Source: Candidatus Competibacterales bacterium
GTDB taxonomy: Bacteria; Pseudomonadota; Gammaproteobacteria; Competibacterales; JAHEDQ01
Direction of reading: 5' to 3'
Assembly: GCA_041587415.1 (NCBI GenBank)
Contig: JBFGYN010000001.1
Coordinates: forward strand, 1 to 43,755
DNA: 43,755 nt
Under the pieces are notes generated by a model that was not told the DNA's origin, made no database searches, and saw only the letters and a list, made by a program, of their open reading frames with translations. Below, piece by piece: positions 33,801 through 42,844 of this stretch. The number at the start of each line of letters is the position of its first letter. Positions within the stretch are counted from its first letter, which is position 1. The translations under genes and the position numbers were made by a program.

Positions 33801-34286
33801 ATGGCAAAGGGCGATCTGGTAGTTTTTGAGCAGTTCCTGGAGGACGAGGCCCGCAAGGTGCATAACCTCCAGACTGACGTGATCAAGGTGGCGCTTATCA
33901 AGAGCGCAGCCAACGGGGGCTACGATCCCGTGGGCAACGAGGCCGATCCTCGATGGGCTGCGGGCGGCACACCGAACCTCGCGGCTTCGGAGGTGACGCC
34001 GGCCGGTGGGAACTACACCGCTGGAGGTGTCGACATCGCGGCGACGGCAGTCGAAACCGGGGGCACTATGACCTTTGATGGAGTCACCGAACCGAGCTGG
34101 GCTGCAAACGCGAGTAACCCGAGCGATTTGGCTCGCTGGGCTATCGGGTACAACGACACCGCTGCTAATAAAAACGCCGTCTTTTGGGTGGACCTCGGTG
34201 GCGACGTGGACATGCGCGCAGGCCCGCTCGACATTCAGTGGGGCGCGGGCGGCATCTTTCAGAAGACCGAGACGCCGGGGGTGTAA
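33801..34286 (+). CDS. Hypothetical structural protein
   Basis: 161-aa ORF in the tail module. Confidence 0.5.
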   Translation: MAKGDLVVFEQFLEDEARKVHNLQTDVIKVALIKSAANGGYDPVGNEADPRWAAGGTPNLAASEVTPAGGNYTAGGVDIAATAVETGGTMTFDGVTEPSWAANASNPSDLARWAIGYNDTAANKNAVFWVDLGGDVDMRAGPLDIQWGAGGIFQKTETPGV

Positions 34287-34706
34287 GTGGTCGAGCTTAC
34301 TTGGTCGGATCTCATGGCCATGACGCAAACCGTCTTCGGCGAGGCTCGGGGAGAGTCTCCGAAGGGCAAGGTTGCGGTGGCCTGCGTGATCTTGAACCGG
34401 GCGCGTAAAGGCGGCTGGTGGGGATCCACTCCGGCCGATGTTTGCTACAAGCGGTATCAGTTCAGTTGTTGGAACCTGGGCGACCCGAACCGAGAACGGA
34501 TCCAGGTGGAAGCGGCCAACTCCGAGAAAATGCTGTCCTGCATGAACGCGGTGCTAGCGGCTTCTAAGGTGTCGGGGACTGAGAACGATCCGTCCAAAGG
34601 GGCGTGTCACTACCACGCGGCGAGCATTCCCCCTCCGCGTTGGGCTAAGGGGAAAAAGCCGGACGTGGTGATCGGCGGTCACCTGTTCTATCGAGGGCTG
34701 TCATGA
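34287..34706 (+). CDS. SleB/CwlJ-type cell wall hydrolase
   Basis: The protein contains MTQTVFGEARGESPKGKVAVACVILNRARKGGWWGSTPADVCYKRYQFSCWN, the typical Hydrolase_2 signature. It has a GTG start, with ATG 34314 or 34320 as alternatives. Confidence 0.8.
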   Translation: MVELTWSDLMAMTQTVFGEARGESPKGKVAVACVILNRARKGGWWGSTPADVCYKRYQFSCWNLGDPNRERIQVEAANSEKMLSCMNAVLAASKVSGTENDPSKGACHYHAASIPPPRWAKGKKPDVVIGGHLFYRGLS

Positions 34707-35326
34707 GTAACCCGATCACCACTTACACCGAGCTGAAGGCTGCAGTCAAAGACTGGATCAACCGGGAGGATCAGGATTCGGTCATTCCGCAGTACATTTT
34801 CATGGCCGAAGTCAGACTGAATCGGAAGCTTCGCATCTTTGCAATGGAAACGGTTCAGTTCATTACCGCCACCGCTGGCGACAAGTGGCTGCCCTACCCG
34901 TCCGGGTACAAGGGCTTTCGGTGGCTGCGTCGGGATAACAGCACCGAGGCCGGAGGGCTGACCTTCGTTACTCCCGACAAACTCAACAGGAACTCCCGGT
35001 ACTTCGCCCAGGGCGACCCCGAGGTGTATTGCTTGCACGGTAACCGGATCCAGCTAGGGCCGATTCCGAACGCAGACATGACAATGGAAGCCGGAGTGTT
35101 CGAAAACGTTCCGTACCTGAGCGACGAGAACCCTACTAACTGGTGGCTTGAGAATGCGCCGGATGCTCTGTTGTACGGGGCGCTACGGCACTCGTCCCCG
35201 TACCTGAAGAACGATGCCCGGGCGGCCACGTGGGATGCGGGCTACGAGATTGCGCTCTCGGACATCGAGGACGCGGATCAACACTATCGCTATCCGGCGG
35301 GTGCGCTGGCGATGCGGAGAGTTTAA
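34703..35326 (+). CDS. Putative head-tail adaptor or tail tubular A-like protein
   Basis: 207-aa ORF. The call rests on size and position only. Its stop codon lies inside a GTTTAAAC copy. Confidence 0.35.
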   Translation: MSNPITTYTELKAAVKDWINREDQDSVIPQYIFMAEVRLNRKLRIFAMETVQFITATAGDKWLPYPSGYKGFRWLRRDNSTEAGGLTFVTPDKLNRNSRYFAQGDPEVYCLHGNRIQLGPIPNADMTMEAGVFENVPYLSDENPTNWWLENAPDALLYGALRHSSPYLKNDARAATWDAGYEIALSDIEDADQHYRYPAGALAMRRV

Positions 35327-35328
35327 AC
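35321..35328. repeat. GTTTAAAC octamer, copy 14
   Basis: Read as GTT TAA ac ATG. It supplies the stop of 34703..35326 and abuts the start at 35329. Confidence 0.95.
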
Positions 35329-35949
35329 ATGACCATTGAATCGCCAGTCAACTACATCACTGACCTGGATCAGACGTATCCGGCGGATGGTGATTTTATT
35401 CCGGAGGGCGATAACCATATTCGGAACGTCAAGAAAGCTGTCAAGCAGACTTTGCCGAACGCTAACGCCCCGATCAATGCCACTCCAACCGAACTGAATA
35501 GCTTGGTGGGTCGGCAGAGCTTTATGCACGACTTCTTGCAGGCTGCCACGAAGTCGATAGCCCGAACAGCACTGAACATCGAAACCACGATCCGAGGCTC
35601 GGTGTCGCGACTGTTCACCGCGACTCAGATCCCGAGCTATAGAACTCACCTTGTCAGTACGCAAACGGTGGCAGTGTCCTGGGATGCCTCGCTGTATCAG
35701 ACCATCTTTCTGACCATTGATACCGCCGCAGATCCAGTTATTACTTGGAGCGGTGTGCAAAAGGGGGCCTTCTACACGTTGCACATTGTCAACACGGTGA
35801 TTGGCCGAACAGTGTCACATACCGGGGTCACCGTGGTCGACGGGGATAATGCGATTGCGCTCGATAACACCGCTGCTCGAAACGTCATGAGTTTCTTTGC
35901 AGAGAGTGCCACGGTGCTGAGGAAGCTGGGGCAAGAGAACTACTCGTAA
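35329..35949 (+). CDS. Hypothetical structural protein
   Basis: ATG 35329 (MTIESPVNYITDLDQ) lies 2 nt after the upstream stop. The longer track start at 35230 would overlap the upstream gene by about 100 nt. Confidence 0.5.
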   Translation: MTIESPVNYITDLDQTYPADGDFIPEGDNHIRNVKKAVKQTLPNANAPINATPTELNSLVGRQSFMHDFLQAATKSIARTALNIETTIRGSVSRLFTATQIPSYRTHLVSTQTVAVSWDASLYQTIFLTIDTAADPVITWSGVQKGAFYTLHIVNTVIGRTVSHTGVTVVDGDNAIALDNTAARNVMSFFAESATVLRKLGQENYS

Positions 35950-36704
35950 TGTTCACGGCACCCATCTATCCGCTGGTCGGAGTGTTCACGCTCAAGCTGC
36001 TCAATGACGAGCAGGATGCGAACATGAAGACGCTGATGGACAACGCGGGGATCGACACCTCGCGCAAAGCGGTGTTTGTGCTTGACGGCAACGGGTTTCG
36101 GTTCCTCGCGACTGACGTAGCGAACTATGCCATTCGCACTGGCACCGGGTGGCACCCTGACGCGACCTTGCGGTGGAAGAACATCGCAGCGTATGGGGAC
36201 GGCGGCGCTGGTGGGCGAGGAGCAAACAGTCAAGACGCTTTTTCCCAGGAACCCGCGACTGCGGGCTCCCCAGGCGGTCCGGCAGGACTGCTTGAACGGG
36301 GCACTGTCTTCGAGTCCGGGGTCGCGTTCTACGGTGGAGGTGGCGGCGGGGGCGGTGGCGCGGAAAAGGCCGACGCTTCTGGGAGTCCGGGCGGGGGTGG
36401 TGGAGGTGGCCGGACTGCGATTACCCCTTCTGCAGGAGGGGCCGACGGAGTAGGCCCCCCGGGCAATGCTGGTAACGGTCAGGCCGGATCATTCAGTGGC
36501 CCGGGAGCGGGAGGGACTATATCCGCTGGTGACGGAGGCCCCGGTGGCGCTGGTGGCGACTGGGGGCAGCAAGGCATTCAGGGTGGCGCTAGCCCGGTGA
36601 GCGGCCCCCTGGGGGCACTAGGTGGGGCTCCGGGCAATTCTCTGGTGGGGACTTCGTTCATCGTTTCCGGCACTGCGTCATACTCGGGGCCGACTTCACC
36701 GTAG
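35949..36704 (+). CDS. Glycine-rich structural protein
   Basis: 251 aa. The C-terminal half is mostly Gly runs, for example YGGGGGGGGGAEKADASGSPGGGGGGGRT and GGPGGAGGDWG. Confidence 0.55.
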   Translation: MFTAPIYPLVGVFTLKLLNDEQDANMKTLMDNAGIDTSRKAVFVLDGNGFRFLATDVANYAIRTGTGWHPDATLRWKNIAAYGDGGAGGRGANSQDAFSQEPATAGSPGGPAGLLERGTVFESGVAFYGGGGGGGGGAEKADASGSPGGGGGGGRTAITPSAGGADGVGPPGNAGNGQAGSFSGPGAGGTISAGDGGPGGAGGDWGQQGIQGGASPVSGPLGALGGAPGNSLVGTSFIVSGTASYSGPTSP

Positions 36705-36713
36705 GGGGCTGAC

Positions 36714-37007
36714 ATGGCAAAGACTCGGGAACAGTTGATCGAGAAGGCGGCGACTAAGCTGATGCAGCGACAGAGTTCGCAGATCCGGACCGATCAGATC
36801 CTGGCTGCGTTCAATGCGTTGAGTCGGGGAGAACAGCAGCAGTTCATAACTGCCGTCGCCACCGGGGATCCGACTGAAGTGGGCTCGAAGTTCATGCAGA
36901 TGCTGCTTCGATACCTGAAAGAAGACGCGAAAAGACGAGCAGAAGACTTTTTTAATCGTGAGACGATCAAGATCGATGATCTGATTGCGTTAGGTGTGCT
37001 GGACTGA
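36714..37007 (+). CDS. Hypothetical protein
   Basis: 97-aa ORF. Confidence 0.5.
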   Translation: MAKTREQLIEKAATKLMQRQSSQIRTDQILAAFNALSRGEQQQFITAVATGDPTEVGSKFMQMLLRYLKEDAKRRAEDFFNRETIKIDDLIALGVLD

Positions 37008-38572
37008 TGCCGAGAGAGCCCTACAACCCGCCGCTGTACCCCGTCCTGAACCTGGGCGAAGTGGGGCTCGTAAAGGATCTGATCCCGTTCGAGCTTCCCG
37101 CTAATGCGTGGAACGATCTAAAGAACATCCGGATGACCAATGACGGGGTGGAGAGCTTCCTCGGTGAAGAGCTTGCCATCACTCCAGCCATCGTGCCGCG
37201 TGGGTTCTTCCCGGTCACCTTGGGGCTGACGCATTACTGGGTTTATGTGGGGAACACCGCCGCGCGGGTGTACGACGGTGGCTCTAACACGGACATCTCG
37301 CCAACACCGGCCTTCACCGGGACCGATAGCGATCTGTGGGTCGGCACGGTGTTGAATGACAATCTGGTGATCACCAACGGGGTCGACGAGCCCCATTACT
37401 GGAACATGTCACCTGCGAGCCCCCTAGCCAAGCTGCCCGGCTGGCCGGCAGGAGGGATCTGTCAATTCATCGTCGCGTTTAAACACTTCTTGATCGCGCT
37501 GAATGTTCAGCTGGCAGGCTCGAACAACTTCAACATGGTGAAGTGGAGTCACGAAGCGGTGTCGGGAATGCCGACCAGCTGGGACGAAACAGATCCAACC
37601 CTCGATGCGGGCGAAAACCTCATCGGCGAGGAGACGGCACGATTGATCGGTGCCCAAGATCTTCGAGATACGCTGTACGTTTTTTCTGAGGGCAGCATGT
37701 ACGGTATGTCCTTAGTCGCAGGGTCGGACATCTTTCGGTTCTTTGAGGTTTCACAGAACACCGGGCTGGTGGCGCGGCGAGCGGTGACCACGTTCGAGGG
37801 GCAGCAAGGCCCGGTGATGGCTTTCCTGTCCAACGGTGATCTGGTCTACAGCGACGGGCAGCAGCTGGTAAGCATGGTGCACCATCGGATCCGAGATTGG
37901 CTGTTCAAGAACATCGATCAGGACAACTATGTGTCTTCGGTGTTGCTGAACAATCGGCCGAAGAAAGAACTGTGGCTCGGGTTCCCGATCAATGGCGAGA
38001 GCACGTTGACTCACGCACTTGTGTGCGACTACGACAGTCCGACGCTCCCGTGGTCGGTTCGAGAGCTGCCAGCGAACACTCGGGATCTGGCTCGGGGAGT
38101 AGACCTCGATACGTCACCTTTGACCTGGGCGAACCTCAACATTCCGTGGAGTTCAGCTTCCGATCGAAAGTGGGGAGATTCGAGCTTCAACGCGACCCAG
38201 GACTCGGTGTTGATTGCCACCGACACCGCTGTTTACAAGGCCGACGTGGGGAACCTCTTCGAAGGTGCGACTAAAGAAGCCGTAGCCGAGCGTACCTCGA
38301 TGAACCTGAGCCCCGACAATCAGGTGGTCGAGGTAACGGGGGTCCGGCTCTCGGCCAACGGGCAGCCGTTCGAGGTGACCGTGGGCACGCACATGGAACC
38401 TGGAGCCCCGGTGCAGTGGGGCACGACGCGCACGTTTACACCGGGGCAGGACTACCGGATCGATGCTCGGTCTACAGGGCGACTCGCGGCGCTACGACTG
38501 CGTAGCCTGGACGACAGCTACTGGCGGGTGAAGTCAGTGGCCTTCGAGTATTGGCCGCTGGGGGACCGATGA
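37007..38572 (+). CDS. Putative tail tubular B or nozzle-like protein
   Basis: 521-aa ORF. It lies upstream of the internal-virion-type genes, as in T7-like gene order. I recognised no motif. Confidence 0.35.
   Translation: MPREPYNPPLYPVLNLGEVGLVKDLIPFELPANAWNDLKNIRMTNDGVESFLGEELAITPAIVPRGFFPVTLGLTHYWVYVGNTAARVYDGGSNTDISPTPAFTGTDSDLWVGTVLNDNLVITNGVDEPHYWNMSPASPLAKLPGWPAGGICQFIVAFKHFLIALNVQLAGSNNFNMVKWSHEAVSGMPTSWDETDPTLDAGENLIGEETARLIGAQDLRDTLYVFSEGSMYGMSLVAGSDIFRFFEVSQNTGLVARRAVTTFEGQQGPVMAFLSNGDLVYSDGQQLVSMVHHRIRDWLFKNIDQDNYVSSVLLNNRPKKELWLGFPINGESTLTHALVCDYDSPTLPWSVRELPANTRDLARGVDLDTSPLTWANLNIPWSSASDRKWGDSSFNATQDSVLIATDTAVYKADVGNLFEGATKEAVAERTSMNLSPDNQVVEVTGVRLSANGQPFEVTVGTHMEPGAPVQWGTTRTFTPGQDYRIDARSTGRLAALRLRSLDDSYWRVKSVAFEYWPLGDR
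37477..37484. repeat. GTTTAAAC octamer, copy 15
   Basis: In CDS 37007..38572 as GCG TTT AAA CAC (A-F-K-H). Confidence 0.95.
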
Positions 38573-38805
38573 GCCACGACTACAAGCCGGAGACGGTGCC
38601 TTTCGAGTACAGCCCGGAGTTCTTCGCCCGGGAGCTGGAGCGCATATCGCAAGCGCTGGCGCTAGTTCATAATCTGGACAACGCGACTCTTCCAGCGCGT
38701 CCCAGGCTCGGCATGGTGCGGTACTTTGACGGGGCCAGAGGCGATCCTGGAGCGGGAGAAGGGTTGTACGTTTACAAGTCCACCGGGTGGGCTAAGGCGG
38801 TATAG
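38569..38805 (+). CDS. Hypothetical protein (78 aa)
   Basis: The internal ATG 38569 lies in an ATGA junction. The protein contains GMVRYFDGARGDPGAGEGLYVYKSTGW. Confidence 0.5.
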   Translation: MSHDYKPETVPFEYSPEFFARELERISQALALVHNLDNATLPARPRLGMVRYFDGARGDPGAGEGLYVYKSTGWAKAV

Positions 38806-38807
38806 AG

Positions 38808-39770
38808 ATGGGCTTTCTGAGCGGATTACTGGGCGGGGGCAAGACCTCGACATCCTTCTCCAACAAGCAGGTTTCGACCCCCTACGGGCCGGCGCTTCCT
38901 GCTCTACAGCAGGTGGGCAACCTCGCTACCCAGGTGGCTCAGTCTCCGCTTCAGTTCCACGGGGGCTACACCCCGATGGATCCCCGGTCCCGGGAGGCGC
39001 TCGCGGCTCAGGAGACCTATGCCGGGCAGCTTGGGGATCAAGCGATCAACCCAGCGTTTAATTCCTGGATGCAAACGCTTAATCCCCAGGGGGTCGCAGA
39101 CAATCCGTACATGCGGGCCGCGATGGGGGCGCTGACGGATCAGTTCACGCAAGACATGAACCTGGGCGTCTTGCCTGGGCTACGCTCGCGGGCCAGAGCC
39201 GGTGGCAACACCCGATCCACGAGGTCAGACATCTCTGAAGGCGTAGCGACCGGCCTGGGGCTTCAGGGGCTGTCTCGGGCACAGGCCGGGCTTGCGTATC
39301 AGGGGTTCGGGGATGCGCTAGGGCAGCAGCGTTTCGGGCTCGGGATGCTGCCTCAGATGCTCCAGGCTGGCCAGATGCCCCACGAGATGCTCTACGGGGT
39401 CGGGCAGGCGTATCAGGCCGAGGACGAGCGAGCCAGAGCGCTGGAGCAGGCCCGTCGCGAGTTCGCGCAGGACGAGCCGCTGACGCGCGGCACCCGGGCT
39501 CTCGGGCTCGCTGGCACCCTGGGGCAGCTTGGCGGCAAGGTGAAGGGCTCGGGCACGCAGACCACGCAGCAACCCGGTGGTGGACTCGGCAGCCTGCTGG
39601 GGCTCGGTCTCACAGCCGCGAGCTTCTTTGGCGGCGGTCCGGCGGCTCTTGGTGGGCTCTCCGGGGGGCTGGGACCGATGACTCAGGGGATCGGATACTC
39701 CCCGGTGCTCGGAGCTTACGCTCGGCCTGATCTGATGGGTGGGCCGTTCCCGGGGCAGTATACGAGGTAG
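38808..39770 (+). CDS. Putative internal virion or ejection protein (Gly/Gln-rich)
   Basis: 320-aa ORF of low complexity, rich in Gly, Gln and Leu. Position supports the call. Confidence 0.4.
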   Translation: MGFLSGLLGGGKTSTSFSNKQVSTPYGPALPALQQVGNLATQVAQSPLQFHGGYTPMDPRSREALAAQETYAGQLGDQAINPAFNSWMQTLNPQGVADNPYMRAAMGALTDQFTQDMNLGVLPGLRSRARAGGNTRSTRSDISEGVATGLGLQGLSRAQAGLAYQGFGDALGQQRFGLGMLPQMLQAGQMPHEMLYGVGQAYQAEDERARALEQARREFAQDEPLTRGTRALGLAGTLGQLGGKVKGSGTQTTQQPGGGLGSLLGLGLTAASFFGGGPAALGGLSGGLGPMTQGIGYSPVLGAYARPDLMGGPFPGQYTR

Positions 39771-39776
39771 GCCGGC

Positions 39777-40868
39777 ATGGCGTTTCAAGACAGGCTTCAG
39801 GGCGCGTTCAGGAACCCGCTGTTCCATCTCGGGCTCGGGCTCATGGCTGAGCCGAATATCGGCCGGGGGGCGCAGTCCGGGGTGCAGAACTACCAGCAGT
39901 TCCTAGCCAATGATCTGAACTACCAAGCGGCTGAGTCGCAGCTGCAGCGAGCCGAGGAGGCGCGACGCCGGCTCGGGTTCTTCTCGACCCCGGAAGGTCG
40001 GCAGCAGCTGCAGCAGATGGGAGTGCCGGGCTTCTTGGCGCAGCACCTACCCGAGCAGGCTGTCGGCTTCGCGAGTCAGGCGGCAATGGAACACATGAAA
40101 GCTTCGATGGACCCGTACCAGCAGGCTGGGGATTACGGCATCCTGAACAAGATGACCGGCGAGATCCGACCGTTCGAAGGTGGGGGAATGAGTGGCAGCC
40201 TCATCGGTGCCAAGCGGTTGAAGGCTGAAGGCTACGATGCGAGCGATTACACCGGGGAGAGCTGGAACCAAGCAGCCGAGGCAATGGGGGCTGGAAATGC
40301 CGAAGCCGCGCGCACTGCCTTGATGCGGCGTCCTCCGCAGCGCGCACCGAGGCAGCCCCCGTCAGTCATGGACTCTTTTGCGTTTCAGAAAGAGGTTCGC
40401 AAGTCAATCGCCTCCAATGACGCGGTTCGCACAGCAGGAACACAAGTCTTTTCACTTATAAATGATCCTAGTGCTAGTGGTTCGGAGCAGCTCGCGGGGC
40501 TGGTGACCTTTGTCAAAGTCTTGGATCCGGATTCAGTGGCGAGAGAGGGCGAAGTTAACCTTGCTGAACAGATGGGCAGTCTTGCCGATAGGATTCAAGT
40601 TCAAATTGACCGAGTTAAGAAGGGGGCTTTGTTAGGGCCTACACATAGAAGCGGGATTTTGCAAGCCACGCAAAAGATTATGAACATCGCGGAGAGCGAG
40701 CGGGCAGCAAAGCTTAAAGATTTTGAGCGTACCGCAAAAGCAGGCGGCTTTAATCTAGGTGTAGCCCTGCCACAAGTTGCCCCTTTCCCGAAACTCAAAA
40801 TTCATGGATCGGGAGAAGTTTCTGGAGGAGAAGAACTTGATTCGCTGATGAAGAAATACGGGCAATGA
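39777..40868 (+). CDS. Putative internal virion or ejection protein
   Basis: 363-aa ORF. Its C-terminal third is noticeably more AT-rich than the rest of the genome. Confidence 0.4.
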   Translation: MAFQDRLQGAFRNPLFHLGLGLMAEPNIGRGAQSGVQNYQQFLANDLNYQAAESQLQRAEEARRRLGFFSTPEGRQQLQQMGVPGFLAQHLPEQAVGFASQAAMEHMKASMDPYQQAGDYGILNKMTGEIRPFEGGGMSGSLIGAKRLKAEGYDASDYTGESWNQAAEAMGAGNAEAARTALMRRPPQRAPRQPPSVMDSFAFQKEVRKSIASNDAVRTAGTQVFSLINDPSASGSEQLAGLVTFVKVLDPDSVAREGEVNLAEQMGSLADRIQVQIDRVKKGALLGPTHRSGILQATQKIMNIAESERAAKLKDFERTAKAGGFNLGVALPQVAPFPKLKIHGSGEVSGGEELDSLMKKYGQ

Positions 40869-42844
40869 AATACACCGCAGATCAACTAAAAGCAGCGATC
40901 GTTAATGCGAGAGACGCCAAAGACTTTGATGCTGTAGAAAAGTTCAACAGCATTCTTTCAGTGCTCCGAGACGAACAGCAGAAACCTTCCTACGCTCAGG
41001 GTCTCGCGCAGCAAGCCGGACAAGGCATGTCGATGGGCTTCATGGATGAGGCCATTGCGAAACTGATCCCGTTTGTCTATCACACGCTGAACCCGGACGC
41101 GCCCGAAGTACCTGAAGGCGAGAAATGGCTTCTGCAGCAGCAACGTCAGCAGGCTGAGCAGTTCGCCGGAGATCATCCTTTCGCTTCGGGAGCGGCGCGC
41201 ATGGGCGGTGCAGCCCTCGGCGGCGGTGCCGCAATAGGTGCGGCTGCTCGGATGGCACCGGGGGCGGCTGCGGCCGTCGGGCAGAACGTTCCTGCGTGGA
41301 TGCAGAGTACCGGGGCCGGCGCTATGGGCGGCGGGCTCACGGCTGTCGGAGAGGCCGAGGACGCGAGCCTCGGAGACTTTGTTGGCGGTGCCGGGGTCGG
41401 AGCTGCCGGCGGTGCGTTTGCACATGCGTTGATCAAGCGAATCGGGCCAGCTGCTACCCGCTGGGTGTACTCCAAATTGGCTACCGCACCTCGGGATCAA
41501 ACGAAGCGAGTGTTGAGCGGTGCGTTGCAAGATGCTGGAGTGACGCCGCGAGAGATTGACGACTTCGTTAGACTCTTGGGTCCGGATGGGGTGGCAGCTG
41601 ATGCGCCGGCACTTCGAGGGGTAGCTCTTGCGAGTTCCGCGCTTCCAGGTGCACCACGGGATCTGATCCAGAACACTCTGAAAGAACGAGACCTACTACA
41701 GCAACAGCGAGTATGGGACACGATTCGACGGCAATTGAGAGTTTCAGGAAAGATACAGCCATCATTGCGGGCTCTCGAAGCCGCGCAAAAAGCAGCAGCT
41801 AAAGAAAACTACGATGAGGCATACCGGCACAGTATCCCACGAACTGAAGAATTGCTCGATATTCTGAAAGATAAGAAGATTGCTAAAGCTGTGCGACACG
41901 CGGAAGATCTATCTGAGCGGGGCAAAGGTTTGCAATCACTGAAGCTTGTTGCTGGAAAGACTGGGGAAGAGCAGCTAGTCGATTTTCCAGATATGGAAGG
42001 CTGGGATCTTATTCAGCGCGGCCTTCGATCTAAAGCAGAAGCAGCTTTCAAAAACGGTAGCCCTCTTAGTAATTCCCAGGCACGCGCTTACGTTAAGTTG
42101 CGGCATGAGCTGCTGACAGAACTGGATCGAGAAAACCCTGCATTCCGCATCGCGCGTCAGACTTACGCGAAAGACGAAGCCCTTAAACGGGCAATGAAAG
42201 ATGGGCAAAACGTGTTGAAGGCGGACACTGAACTGCTGGAAGAATTGTGGGGGGATTACACGGCATCGGAAAGACAGGCTTTTATGCTCGGAGTAGGCAA
42301 AGAGCTGTACAGCCAGATCTTTGAGCGGCCCGAGACCTGGGACGTAACAAAGAATCGGATGTTTACTGTCCCTGAAGTCAAGAAGCGACTGGAGAAAGTT
42401 CTCGGATCATCTGCAACAAAGAGCATCATGGACGAGGCGAAACGATTAGCACACATGCGGTCCACCAAACAGCTGATCGGTTCTCGATCTCCTACGGGGG
42501 ATATTGAATCAATGATGAAACGCATGGCCCGACAAGAGGACGCTTCTGTAGGTCAAGCTTTCATGGAAGGAGAACTGTCCCCTATGGGGCTTATGCGTCG
42601 AGGTGTTCGAGCGCTAAGCGAAGGACCGGATCCACGAACGGTGGAGGGTGTTGGGACGGCGCTATTCACTCAGGGCATGAGTCTAGATCGCACGCTACAG
42701 CCGGGAGCGTTAGCCAAAACCAGCAGCTTCCTCGGGGCACCGTTTATCGCTGCAGCTAACCAGAGCCCGGTAGCGGTGGGGGCGCAGACTGGCGGCTTCT
42801 TGGGGCCAGCACTTTATGATGCGCTGGGGCCGTACTTCGAGTAA
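40865..42844 (+). CDS. Putative internal virion or ejection protein
   Basis: 659-aa ORF with an ATGA junction and a Gly/Ala-rich hydrophobic segment (GGAALGGGAAIGAAA...). It is the last gene of the rightward arm. Confidence 0.4.
   Translation: MKYTADQLKAAIVNARDAKDFDAVEKFNSILSVLRDEQQKPSYAQGLAQQAGQGMSMGFMDEAIAKLIPFVYHTLNPDAPEVPEGEKWLLQQQRQQAEQFAGDHPFASGAARMGGAALGGGAAIGAAARMAPGAAAAVGQNVPAWMQSTGAGAMGGGLTAVGEAEDASLGDFVGGAGVGAAGGAFAHALIKRIGPAATRWVYSKLATAPRDQTKRVLSGALQDAGVTPREIDDFVRLLGPDGVAADAPALRGVALASSALPGAPRDLIQNTLKERDLLQQQRVWDTIRRQLRVSGKIQPSLRALEAAQKAAAKENYDEAYRHSIPRTEELLDILKDKKIAKAVRHAEDLSERGKGLQSLKLVAGKTGEEQLVDFPDMEGWDLIQRGLRSKAEAAFKNGSPLSNSQARAYVKLRHELLTELDRENPAFRIARQTYAKDEALKRAMKDGQNVLKADTELLEELWGDYTASERQAFMLGVGKELYSQIFERPETWDVTKNRMFTVPEVKKRLEKVLGSSATKSIMDEAKRLAHMRSTKQLIGSRSPTGDIESMMKRMARQEDASVGQAFMEGELSPMGLMRRGVRALSEGPDPRTVEGVGTALFTQGMSLDRTLQPGALAKTSSFLGAPFIAAANQSPVAVGAQTGGFLGPALYDALGPYFE

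Noticed and set aside
35949-36704. The poly-glycine tract of the 251-aa protein could be a simple-sequence artefact or a non-coding repeat.
   Set aside because: The frame stays open across the whole tract, and the gene is tightly coupled to its neighbours through an ATG overlapping the upstream stop. Glycine-rich fibre or structural proteins are common in phage tail modules.
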